From a virus (Duplodnaviria > Caudoviricetes): a stretch of DNA of 64,000 nucleotides. The notes under the pieces are model-generated. The model did no database searches, was not told the origin of the DNA, and worked only from the letters and a program-made list of their open reading frames with translations. Positions 26,957 to 38,545 of this stretch are shown piece after piece (position 1 is the stretch's first letter; each line of letters starts with the position of its first letter). Both the position numbers and the translations under genes were made by a program. The DNA is taken from positions 1 to 64,000 of IMG/VR virus record IMGVR_UViG_3300035208_002098; one strand, written 5' to 3'.

Positions 26957-27519
26957 ATTCTAATGTTTTATATTTTTAATCCTATTTACAACGGAAAGAC
27001 CTGAGGCGAAAAAATTATGTGTGTTGTTTAATACCTTATTTTGAAACCCATTTACAACACTAACATGTCACAGTAAACAACTTCAACTGTTATTTAATAC
27101 CTTATTTTGAAACCCATTTACAACAAAGACAATAGATTATCAGCAGATTCATTTGTTGTTTAATACCTTATTTTGAAACCCATTTACAACACTAGTTTCT
27201 ATATTATAGAATATTATTCTGTTGTTTAATACCTTATTTTGAAACCCATTTACAACATCATAATGATATACAAAATATTATTGAAGGTTGTTTAATACCT
27301 TATTTTGAAACCCATTTACAACTCCATTGTTGTTTAGTTTAATTTTTTTATTGTTGTTTAATACCTTATTTGAATCCTATTTACAACTGGGATAGAACTT
27401 AATTTTTAAATTAAAACTTGTTTAATACCTTATTTTTGAAACCTATTTACAACTGATAAAGAATATGATAAGGAACTTATTAAATTGTTTAATACCTTAT
27501 TTTGAAACCCATTTACAAC
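26957..27519 (-). CRISPR. CRISPR array: 8 repeats plus 1 degenerate terminal repeat, 8 spacers of 29-30 nt
   Basis: + strand repeat GTTGTTTAATACCTTATTTTGAAACCCATTTACAAC at 27023, 27089, 27155, 27221, 27287, 27353, 27417 and 27484; degenerate copy ends at 26992; 66-nt period. Confidence 0.97.
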
Positions 27520-27571
27520 TCATTCGAGCATCTGAAGAACAACTACTTGTAAATTATTATATAAAACATTA

Positions 27572-27582
27572 TGTCAATGAAC
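27572..27582 (-). promoter_or_regulatory. boxA-like antitermination element in the CRISPR leader
   Basis: GTTCATTGACA on - strand, about 15 nt downstream of the -7 box; identical copies at 32561 and 52901. Confidence 0.65.
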
Positions 27583-27597
27583 TTTTTTATTATACTG

Positions 27598-27629
27598 CAA
27601 AGATAAAGAAAAATAAAATACGATGCAAG
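27598..27629 (-). promoter_or_regulatory. Promoter driving array, omegaRNA and iscB
   Basis: TTG(-33)...TATCTTTG(-7) on - strand. Confidence 0.8.
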
Positions 27630-30600
27630 TATTTTGTAATATTTTTTTTATTTTATTTTAAAATTAAACCCACATTTAGCACCTTCATTAAGTACAAATT
27701 CACATTTCATACCTATATAAGGTTTTATTGATTGTCTTTGAAAAAATCCACTACCACCAACTGATGTAGCATCCATTAATACTTGTTGATAACCTTCATC
27801 ATCAAGACCTCTACTACCTATTTCGAATAGTCTACCATCGTCTAATTTAACATAAGCATCTTTGGTTATTACACCTGTTAATATTTCTTGTTTCATGATA
27901 TATCGTATTCACCATTAAGGTAGTCATGGAAAAATAATAATGCTTTATATCCGGATAATGGATTTAACATACATTTCCTGAAATAATCTAAATTGTCATT
28001 GACTTGTTTATTTGAATATAGGTATACAATATTTTCTTTTTGATATTCTTCAGTAGCATTACATTCTAATTGTTCACGAACTCTAATCATATATTTTTCA
28101 AACATATTATTAATAAGAATATCGTAAGGTGTATTAATAAGATGTTCCAATTCTTCTGTAGTTTCACATGAAAATATATGGCTATCATCAGCATATAATA
28201 ATACATCTTTATTAGATACATCAATATCTTCTAACACACTTAAAACAATACCATTTGGTAATGTAAAAGTAATAACTAACTCACCGTTAGAATCATTTGT
28301 AGACTCTGGTAAGGAATATCCTCTTATAATATCTAAAGTTAAATTCATATTATTTTCTACTATTAATGTAACCTAATCTAAAACCCTCTAGTATTGGATA
28401 TAATATCTTTTCGAATGATGGTGGGTTTTTAATTTTACGCCAAACACTCATTTTAATTATATCATTACTTCTAATTATTGATATTTGTTTTTGATATTTA
28501 AATCTACCACCAGCTAATTCGTCAGTATATGTTTCAAATTTATCACCTAAAGCTTCTTTAATTTTTTCAACATGTTCATCTGTATGAGAATCACCATCAT
28601 CATAACTCATTAAATCTAGAAAGTCTAAATCTGCTTGATTGATGAAAATGTTTTTAAAATTTTCATATGGTTTTAATTCAACCTTATTATCAAGGGGATT
28701 GTATGGCAATTTACTTAGATTAAAACCACTAATTCGCCACTCACCATAATCATTAAAATTTGGTGTTGAAACACCAATATGTAGTAATCGATTATCAACT
28801 ACAAAATACAATGCACCATTGAAGTAAGTAACACCAGCGTGTATATGTTTAATTTCTATATTATTCATATTATTTTCTAGTTTTAATGGTTTCAATAGCC
28901 TTTAATATAGCATCTACTCTACCTTCTTTTGATGTTAGAAAACCTAATGGTGATGTATCTGTTATAGTAGTAGCATAATCATCTAAATCAACTATATCCC
29001 AAGTAAATCTATGTCCAGTTTTATCTGAAACACTTACTAATGTTGGGAAGACATCTACAAATAATTTATGTTTATCTTCTAACCAATCAATAACATCTTG
29101 CCAAGTTGGTGCTGCAACCCAATCATTTTTATATAAATTATTATGAGAAGCTAACCCACTTGACATTTGCGTTTTTGTACAATAATCTATATCATATTCA
29201 AAAGGTTTTTTACTCCCACAAGCATCTTTCATATAAGTAGCAAAACACGGTTCATCAAAACCAAGTTCTTTAAGTTCTTTAGCTATTTGGTATGTAGTAA
29301 ATTTATCTTTCATATTATATAAGTTTTATTTTACCATCAACAATTTCAACATCCCAATCTAATTTAGGTTCGAATGTCTTAAGTATTCTCTTCATACATT
29401 TAGTAAATGTTTCATCATTTTCTTCACGTGAAAGCCATGCCTCACTTATACACTCCCTTAAATTATCTAAGGTATATATTTTATGTTTATTATCTTCTAA
29501 AGCTTGTGTATATCCATCGTAGAAACCAAATTCTTCTTCTTCAAGATAATTTCTTTCATTAGTATAATCAGATGCTAATTTTTCTATATTAACCTCCCCT
29601 ATTAATTCAAGTATTTCTGATAATTTTAAATAGGATTCATCAATTGGTGATGTTGAATGTGTTACTCTTTTGCCACCAGCTAATACATTAAGTTTAGATA
29701 TTTTATCACCAGTATATTTTGATGTATACCAACCTCTACCATGACCATTTAAGCCAATAGCAAAAGTAGCTATAATACAACCATTAATGATTTCAGAATC
29801 ATCAATAATAGCGAATTCACATGAATCAATTCTAATTAATTTCATTGTTTTAATTTAATACATTCTAAACTATCTTTAGTTACATTTGCTACAAACATAC
29901 CACCTTTGGGTCCTTGAAACAATTTATAATGCATACCAGATGTATAATAATCTGTTGCGTATGTACCACACGTCATTGTTTTAACACCACTAATTTCTTC
30001 AGTGGTATCACTAGATTTTTTTGGTTGTGTTTCATATTCATATATTTTAACACCAACAGATATTAAAATGGTTACGATTATACACATGATTAATATAAAA
30101 TATATTTTAAATCCCATTGTATTATATTACTAATTTACATTCTTTTACCCATGATTTACCTTCTAAGTACATACCTAGATTGAAAAACTTATTTTTCTTT
30201 AAGTCAAATATTATCTCGGTACCATCTTGAGGTGTTACTTTTACTTTAAGAGCTTTAACTGGCTCGTTTTTTAATACATCACCGGTAATGATAATGGTAT
30301 CACCTTGTTTAATATCGGTTAATGTGGTTACATCCTTTAATTCCATTTTATTGTGCTATATAAATTGATGTTGGTCGAACATATGATTTAAGTCCAGCCG
30401 AAGCGTCTGCTTGCCAATCTTCAGTATCTGAAATATTTGGTGTGTCATCACATTTGATAGCATAATGTATTTGACATCCAGCTATTATAATATGATTTTT
30501 TTCAGAACCAAGTTTAGCAAACCAATTAGTACTATTTCGATTAGTTTTTATCCCTAAGAATTTATCTTCAAGTATTTCAATTTTACCCCAAGCTGCTCTA

Positions 30601-30834
30601 TAGCTTTTACCGTCTGGTGCTGTGAACCAAGCATCGGTTGTTATTAAATAATTTCCTATCATATACTTTATTCTTCTAAAGGTTTATCACCACAACCTAA
30701 TATCCAATTAAGGGCATCTTTAATACCTTCTTCATAGCTCATACCGTGGTATATTTCACCAGATTCAATTCTTTCCGATGCTAAGTCAATCTGTTCGTAA
30801 ATTTCTTCTTGTTTTGGCATAATAATATTTTTAA

Positions 30835-31137
30835 TTATGGATGTTTAAGATAATATTTTTTTACTATTTTACTATTTTCTTGATTAAATTTAATTATTTC
30901 TTTGGTTTTAATATACTTATCTATAGCAGACTTTGCTTCATCTAAGCGATTAAATTCGTTTGTGTTTGGGTCATAATAACTATATACATTTTGCCATGTA
31001 TATTTATCCGTTAAAAAACCGGCCCAACCTAATATTGGTATTAAGTAAAAATACCACGGGTAAAACTCACCCTTTTTTTCAATAGTAAATGTTTCACCGC
31101 CACCTTTAGTAACTGTTACACTAATTCTTGTTTCCAT
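30835..31137 (-). CDS. Paralog 1 of a ~100-aa single-TM family (M.TRI...P..GW...IDKY...HP)
   Basis: Motifs shared with ORFs 32640-32939 and 34645-34947. Confidence 0.7.
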   Translation of the reverse strand: METRISVTVTKGGGETFTIEKKGEFYPWYFYLIPILGWAGFLTDKYTWQNVYSYYDPNTNEFNRLDEAKSAIDKYIKTKEIIKFNQENSKIVKKYYLKHP

Positions 31138-31621
31138 AATATATAATTTTTAGCACCTATAATACACAAATTTTATTAGAATATTGATGCATTATTAAGG
31201 TCTAGCTTGGTTCTCATTAGCATTGATAAATGCGTTTTAGTCTCTAGGTAATAACTCCCGTCTCTAAACCACTAATTCTTTGAACGAACACATTCCCTTA
31301 CCAAAGGGGAACAATACTTCTAGGATTTCTCCATAAGTTGGTTTATCTTAGGTCACACCTTAACAACCATGTTAACTTTTCCACTTACAACTTGTTAAAC
31401 CAAGTTTAGTATCTATTTATACTCTCAATGTTTAGCGAGTGAAGGTTTAAATGCTTAACGTCTATTGTACCTACAAGTAAGACAGTATTAAAATAAGACT
31501 CTTGGCGAGTGTTGCAACACCTGAGAAGGTGATTTAACGGTTATACCAGCAACAGAGCTTGACTATCCATTCAGTAAGTTATCTCGGTTATTCTTACTTA
31601 GAATCTTATTATGTTTTAGTG

Positions 31622-31781
31622 TGGGTAGGTCAGGAGTTGAACCTGAAGGTCTAACCTCGTGTACTTAGAAGTTCAAACAACCTATGACTTTTATTAATAC
31701 TTTGTACTACTTTGTACGCCTACGCCATAGTTTACTTATATTTGTTTATTATCAATGATGACACCATGTCAGTTCCCACCC
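31622..31781 (-). ncRNA. Oversized tRNA-like RNA A (~160 nt)
   Basis: Acceptor GGGTGGG/CCTACCC; T-arm TCAGG-TTCAACT-CCTGA; no canonical anticodon arm. Confidence 0.6.
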
Positions 31782-31798
31782 GAATGTTTTAAAAATAA

Positions 31799-32003
31799 TT
31801 GTGATGACAGGATTCGAACCTGTACAGAAACTGTTCAGTTAGACGATATAACCGTCATGCCTAACCTCTTTGAAGTGCTACATAATGTAAATTATAGGCC
31901 TAGACTTATTAACCAATTTACCCCTCTAATAGTTTATTTTCAAGGTTATCACTATCGTTTCCTCTCAAAGTAGATGCTTTTGGTCTAATTCAGCCACATC
32001 ACA
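31799..32003 (-). ncRNA. Oversized tRNA-like RNA B (~205 nt)
   Basis: Acceptor TGTGATG/CATCACA; D-stem GCT/AGC; T-arm ACAGG-TTCGAAT-CCTGT. Confidence 0.65.
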
Positions 32004-32047
32004 ATTATTATGGTTTTAAGAGCTGTTCAAACACATTTAACTGACAA

Positions 32048-32084
32048 GGTGTAAAAATACCTTAATTTGAAACCTATTTACAAC
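32048..32084 (-). repeat. Solitary CRISPR-repeat variant inside a stem-bounded ncRNA module
   Basis: ggtgtaaaaATACCTTAATTTGAAACCTATTTACAAC, flanked by complementary aagagctgt and acagcactctt. Confidence 0.85.
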
Positions 32085-32124
32085 TCACTAGACAGCACTC
32101 TTTAATTTTAAATTTTAAAAACAA

Positions 32125-32292
32125 TCATAGTAATAGGATTTTAACCTATAAAACAGTTTTCATTAGTTTTTATACTGGGACATTTACGCCAGAGACTTAA
32201 CTGAAAAGTCCGCTACTATTAGTTTCACCCTAGATTCATTTCAAATCTAAATTACACAATGGGATAGTGTCTTTACATTCCACCACACTATA
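32125..32292 (-). ncRNA. Oversized tRNA-like RNA C (~168 nt)
   Basis: TATAGTG-TG-GTGGAATGTAAAGACAC 5' half; degenerate T-arm ATAGG-TTAAAAT-CCTAT; 3' acceptor strand TACTATG. Confidence 0.55.
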
Positions 32293-32560
32293 ATTGTTTA
32301 TATTTTAAAATGATTGATAATCTGACTTCTTATGGCTACAAGATTGTATCAGCTTATGCTGTGTGATAGTATCAATCATTTATATTTTAAAATAGATTTT
32401 GAAAGATATAGGCTTAGTCTCTTCATCCTTATTCTGGCGAGATACTGTGAGAGTTGAGTATTTCTACTACATTACTAACCATCGTACTTATCTAACTCAA
32501 TAGACCTTTTCTTAATCTTCTCACGAAGATATTATCTATTTTATATTTTTTATTTTATTC

Positions 32561-32622
32561 TGTCAATGAACTTTGTACTTTTAACTACACTGCAAAGATA
32601 AAATTATTTTTAACATATGCAA
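32561..32622 (-). promoter_or_regulatory. Promoter plus boxA-like element heading ncRNA cluster 1
   Basis: TTG...TATCTTTG (-7 box at 32593-32600), then GTTCATTGACA at 32561-32571. Confidence 0.7.
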
Positions 32623-32639
32623 GTATTTTAGATAAAAAA

Positions 32640-32939
32640 TTATGGGTGTTTAAAATAAATTTTTTTAACTATTCTCCCATTTTCTTCCTTTTCTTTTTCG
32701 TGTGATATATCTTGTAAATATTTATCGATAGCTAATTTAGCTTTCTCTAAAGAATAAAAATTATTCCTACCAAATATATCATCATTTAAATTTTCCCAAA
32801 ATAAAAAATCTACTATAAAGAAGGTCCACCCAAATATAGGAATAGCGTATATAAACCAACTTACATCCGAACCTTTTTTTTGCGTTATATAAGTTTCTTT
32901 ACCATCTTTGGTAATTTTTAAGACTATCCTTGTTTTCAT
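32640..32939 (-). CDS. Paralog 2 of the TRI...HP family
   Basis: MKTRI...PIFGW...AKLAIDKY...FKHP. Confidence 0.7.
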   Translation of the reverse strand: MKTRIVLKITKDGKETYITQKKGSDVSWFIYAIPIFGWTFFIVDFLFWENLNDDIFGRNNFYSLEKAKLAIDKYLQDISHEKEKEENGRIVKKIYFKHP

Positions 32940-34644
32940 TTATTAAAATGGTTTAAGCTTTTTGTTTTACTTTAATATCAAATACTTTAATATTTTGTTT
33001 AATAGTTGAATTACCACTATTAATAACTTTCTCAATATGTTCTTTGATTTGTGATTCATTAAAGTTAACCCAATCACTAACCACTTCAATTTCTATTTTA
33101 TATACTGATGCCATATTATACTTTTTTCCAACCGCTTAATAATTTAGTTAATTCTTCGTTACTATAATTACTACGAAAATTAGCCATAATAAATTGTTTG
33201 TTATTATCCAATTTCATCAATAACAAATTATCTTCTATGAAAATATTAGTTATTTGGTTAACACCAGTTAAAAACTGTATTGGGTCATCATGGGAGTTTT
33301 CAACAAAGAAATGTCCTTGCCATTCAATCATGTCACCAATATGTACATTCACATATTTGGTTACACCATTTTCTTGTTCGAATTCATCATAGATTTTATC
33401 TATTTTAGACATAACAGCTTTAGGTTTGCCGTAAGCATCTTTGTCATCACGAAACATTTGTTTAGCTTGTTCTCTATTCATAATTATTTTAATAAGACAT
33501 TAATATATTCAGTTGCTTTTTCATACCCCCAAGCGTGAATTAATTTCTCATACTTAGTAACATCTTCATTGGGGAATAACGCTTCTGCAGATTCTTTTAT
33601 AATTGAATCACACCAATCGATACAAATAACACGTTTCCTCCAACCTATTTTGATTCTACCTTTTGTAGTAGTAACAACAAACCATGGTAAATGTTTTGAA
33701 TAATAACTATCATCATAACCATTTGGTATTTGTTCTACAAAGATAACTCTATCACCAAAACAATTAATAATACCAGTTTTTTCATTAATGGCATCTATTT
33801 TACTTTGAGGGTTAATACTAATAGTTTCAGCTTGGATAGATTCTATTAATCTACGTATATGATAATTAATATTAGCTTTATCAATTTCAGTAAATTCTCT
33901 ACCAACATCTAATAAAAGTTCTAAATCTATTGATTGATTAACACCAATTGTCTTAATTGTAATTACTGATTCTTTCATATTTTACGTTTTTTATAAACTT
34001 TAATAAAATGAACACACGATATTATACCTGATATTATGAAACAAGACCCACAAAAAAACTGCATAAACATTTTATTTGTTATATATAAGTCTACTAACCA
34101 AAGAATTGCACCTAATAACCATATAAGGGCTATATTTAAATTTACATTTCTCATATTATTTTTCGCTATAAATTAATAACCATAACGGATAACCAGATGA
34201 TGCATTCACAAATGGTACAACAGCTAGAAGTTTACATTTTTTCTTAGTATATTCTTTTAGGAAAATATCAATTTGGTCCATATCCATATTACCAAACGCT
34301 CCGGTACCCCAATCTTTACCTGTTGCTTTTTTAATAGCACCTTTATAATCACCATCCCAACCAACAAGTCTATCGGTATAAAGACTATTTATGTTAGCTT
34401 TTGGAAATTGTTTCTTTATTTGTTCGAAAACTTCCATGGTTTCTTCAGTAGTTATTTTAGTACCAATAGCATAGTTACTAGAATACATTCCTCTAAAGTC
34501 AAATGGGTATTTTATTAACCCATATTTAAGTGGGTGCACCGTAAAATATCCGTAGTCATAATTTATAAACATAATTTTTATATTTTAATATTATAATACA
34601 AAGATAAAACAAATAATTGTAACTACCAAATAAATAACTATAAA

Positions 34645-34947
34645 TTATGGATGATTAATATAATATGTTTCACTTATTTTTTTACGAGCTTCTTCTTCTT
34701 TATCTTGGTTATAGCTAACTAAGTATTTATCAATCGTTTCTTTAGCTGTTTCAAGTGTATTGAATTTATTAGTGGCTCTTGAATAATATATGGTACTCCA
34801 AACATACTTATCGTATATGTAATGAATCCAACCAAATACTGGTACAAAATATTTAAATATATCGTCAGTATCTACATTATCTCGTGATTCGATAGTATAT
34901 GTTTTTACTGAATAAGGGTTAACATCAATTTTAATTCTTGTTTTCAT
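34645..34947 (-). CDS. Paralog 3 of the TRI...HP family
   Basis: MKTRI...PVFGW...AKETIDKY...INHP. Confidence 0.7.
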   Translation of the reverse strand: MKTRIKIDVNPYSVKTYTIESRDNVDTDDIFKYFVPVFGWIHYIYDKYVWSTIYYSRATNKFNTLETAKETIDKYLVSYNQDKEEEARKKISETYYINHP

Positions 34948-37903
34948 ATATTATTGTACTTTAAGCCATTCTTTAAGACATTTCTCAAATTCTTCTTCTA
35001 ATTCATCATCAGAGAATTCATTATTTTTATAAAAGTGAAAAGATTTACGACATATCGCTTCAATTTCTTTCATTGAAATAGATTTTTTAACTTTTGGTTT
35101 TTTAGGTACTTCCACACGTTTAAGTACTATTATCTCATCTGGCGAATCAGCATCACACAAACCGCCATCTTTACGATATTGGCTAATAGTAAATGATAGT
35201 GCCATTGTTTCGGTTAAGTCATATATGTATGTTGTGATTAGATAATCACTACCCATTTTTTATTTATTATCACCGTTCCAAACCATATCGAATAACCCAT
35301 TTAAATCTTTTTCATCCAATATGTCTTCGATTTCATCTTCCATATCAACATCAGTACCATGTTGAATTAACGCATCGAGTAAATCATTTTTTATATCATC
35401 CCAACATGTAATGGTATAAAGTTCTTCATAAGTATATTTTGCCATAATATTATTTTTTACGTTTTTTCTTTTTTGGTGTTATATTGGTTGGTTTATGTCT
35501 TACTTTACGTTTATAACCATCTTCATTATAATATAATGGGTCACGTACAATTATTTCGTTTGAATTACCATCTGTTTTAATAGTCCAACCTCTTGGTAAT
35601 TCTTTACCTTCGTATCTATCTCCTTCTGTCATACTGATTCACCCCACATTTTATTAAGTTTTTTCCAAAACACACCAATCTCATATAAAAATAAATCGGT
35701 TGTTTCTTGAACAGTTAAACCACCACTATCATTTGGCGTGTCTTCAATATTCAAATAAAAACCCATAGAATATCTGATATCATCCTCATATTTCCAATCG
35801 CCATTGTCTAAATCAATTTGTATTGATTCATCCCAATCTTCTGGTAATGTATGGTGATACCCAACAATTTCAATTGTAAATGATTCTGGTCCTCTATTAC
35901 AAAAAAACTCAATTAATTTGTTATCAGGGAAAACTTCATCAATTAACACACTATCAATTTGTCTATAACCATTTAGTTTTTTATAAGTTTTTATAAATGG
36001 TTTAATTAAATCTTCTATTTCTTTAGATGGAAATGGTAAATATTCATTTACGGTTTTTTTCTTACTCATAAGGATTATTTCAAAAATTCACCTTTAAACC
36101 ATTTTCGTTCAACACTATTTGGGTCTTGTAAATATTCTTTTAATGAATCTGTTAGTTTATCTATTGATTCAACTGCAAATTTTTGACACCCAACTCTAAC
36201 TACATACCCAAAATCTAATGATTCGATTTCAATAAATCTAGCTTTATTTGTTCTTGATTCTGCTTCAACCATAACTTCACCACCATTAGAACACTTTGGT
36301 TCATCAGGCAATGGACGTTCTGCCATAGGTCTTTCATCTAATACTTCATTCATACTTTTACTTGTTAAATTAATTTATATTATTTTTAAAGTACAAAGAT
36401 ATATAAACTATTTTATTATTTCAAGTTATGTTTTAGTTTTATTTCTTCAGTATTAATTAAAGTCTCTTTTCTTTTCCAATTATTATTTTCATCACCAACT
36501 CTATAAGAGAGATAAGTTATGTATGTTTTCTTAACCACTTTGTATGGATTAATTAAATTATCCTTAAACCATTGGAAAACATCTTCACGTTCTTTAGGTA
36601 TATAATAGGTTTTCCAACCTTCTTGGTGAGACACTAATATTTTTTCATCAAATTCTAAATATTCTTCAAAGCATTCACTAGCCGAAAACATATATGTCAT
36701 ATGCCACCACATTGAATCTTTCCCAGATAACTTTTCAGCCAATTTCCAAATAAAGTCATTAGCATCACGAGCTCTATCTCTATGTTGTAACAAAGTTTTT
36801 TTATCATCTAATCCGTATTTTTTTAACCGATATTCATCAGCGTAATAACGAACCCTAATAATATTATAATCAGTACATTTCATAATTTATTCAGTAAAAT
36901 ATTTAACATATCTATCAAATATTGCAACACATTCAGCTTTACAAGCTTCGATATCCTCTAATTTAAAGTATCTTTGTGTAATAATTTCGTATTCAACTTC
37001 ATTACCGCATTCACCAGTATATAATCTATCACCGGTTATTCCACGTCTATCAATTCTTAGCCAATCTAATGGAACATCTTTATTTCTATAAGAATAATTA
37101 CCATGTTCACCTTCAGATAATCCAACAGATAAAAATACTTGTCCTTTAAAGTCAACAGATATTCCTCGCCAATAATTATCGGCCTCTGGTTTTTCATATA
37201 GGTATTGTTCAATAAATTCCAATTTACCTAATTGTGTTTTTTTAAATTCCATATTATTCAATATTTGTGGTTTCATTTTTATCTTCAGGGCACCCATCTT
37301 CTTTCCATTCTTTAATATCATCCAATACCCATTTCACTAAATCTTTATGTTCTTCTAGAATTTTATGATTTTTAGCTAATATTTCAATAGCTTCGGGTGT
37401 ATCACCACCATTTTTATCAACTGGTAAAGACATTTGACCACCATGTTTTATAATTAGATAAGATTCTATTGTTACCTTAACTCTTACTTCTAATGGTATC
37501 CTTTTTAATATATCGGAAATCCTATTATTGTGTTCCATTTAATTTAATTATTAATGATTTTTTCTTAGACAGTTTTAATCGTGATAAACCTTCTAGAACT
37601 CTACGTACATATGGTATATTACATTCAAATATTTCATCAATTGATAAAAACGATAGTTTCTTAAATAACTCAATCTTATTATATATGAACTCACCAGTTT
37701 CATCATATGAAGTTACAACTAAATTAAGGTCATCAACTGTTAAATTATAGCCATTAAGTTTTAATTGTTTATTATTCATAGCAATCTTTATATCACTAGA
37801 ATATAAGCCATTAAGTCTTAATAATTTATCAATTGTTAATATATCAGTCGTTTCCATTTATTTTAATTACTTTCTTTAATACCATTAAGAATGAATTCAT
37901 CGT

Positions 37904-38545
37904 TCAATTAAACTTATTTATCTCTATGTAAGTCTCATCTTCTTGTTTCACTCTTACTTTACTTTTTAGGGGAGTAAACTCCTTGTCATCCATAATTGGT
38001 AAGTCCACAAGCGTATATTCGGACAAACGTTGCCCTATTTTATTTTCATTATATAATCTGTTACCTTCATACTCTATATTAATACTTGCATTAACATCCC
38101 TATCAATTTCTAACCCACAATTATCACACTTATATATCCTATCTGATAACTTTAAGTTATATTTGATGTTTCCACAACAACTACATTTCTTTGATGATGG
38201 ATACCATCTACTAACTAAAACCATTTCTCTACCATACCATTTAGACTTATATTCAATTTGTTTTCTCATTTCATATAAACCTAATTCAGCGATAGCTTTA
38301 CTTAATTTATGATTTATCATCATTCCACTAACATTTAAATCTTCTAATATAATTATTTGGTTCTCTTTAACTATTTTAGTTGTTATGTTATGAAGGTAAT
38401 CTAACCTCTGATTCTTTATTTTTTCATGTTTTCTGGCTAATTTTAATTTACTTTTATATCTATTATTACTACGACTATTGATAGTCCAATAAAAATGTTT
38501 CTTTTTTTCATATTTATAATTTATTAAATTTCTTCTAATATCCAA
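37904..38545 (-). pseudogene. tnpB: 5'-truncated TnpB (RuvC-II, Zn finger and RuvC-III only)
   Basis: ILEDLNVSGM, PSSKKCSCCG...CDNCG and DRDVNASINI present; RuvC-I and the N-terminal half are missing. Confidence 0.85.

Noticed and set aside
27059-27088. Self-targeting of spacer ACTAACATGTCACAGTAAACAACTTCAACT to ~52700
   Set aside because: Only two separated 9-nt matches in AT-rich DNA; likely chance.
27465-27731. 88-aa plus-strand ORF
   Set aside because: Overlaps the CRISPR repeat, leader and promoter; spurious.
24253-28348. Cas9, Cas13b, Cas1 or Cas2 as the array's partner
   Set aside because: No such motifs in flanking ORFs; the anti-repeat is physically joined to the IscB omegaRNA.
31622-32003. 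tmRNA or group I intron-containing tRNAs
   Set aside because: Too short, no tag reading frame and no recognisable intron core seen.
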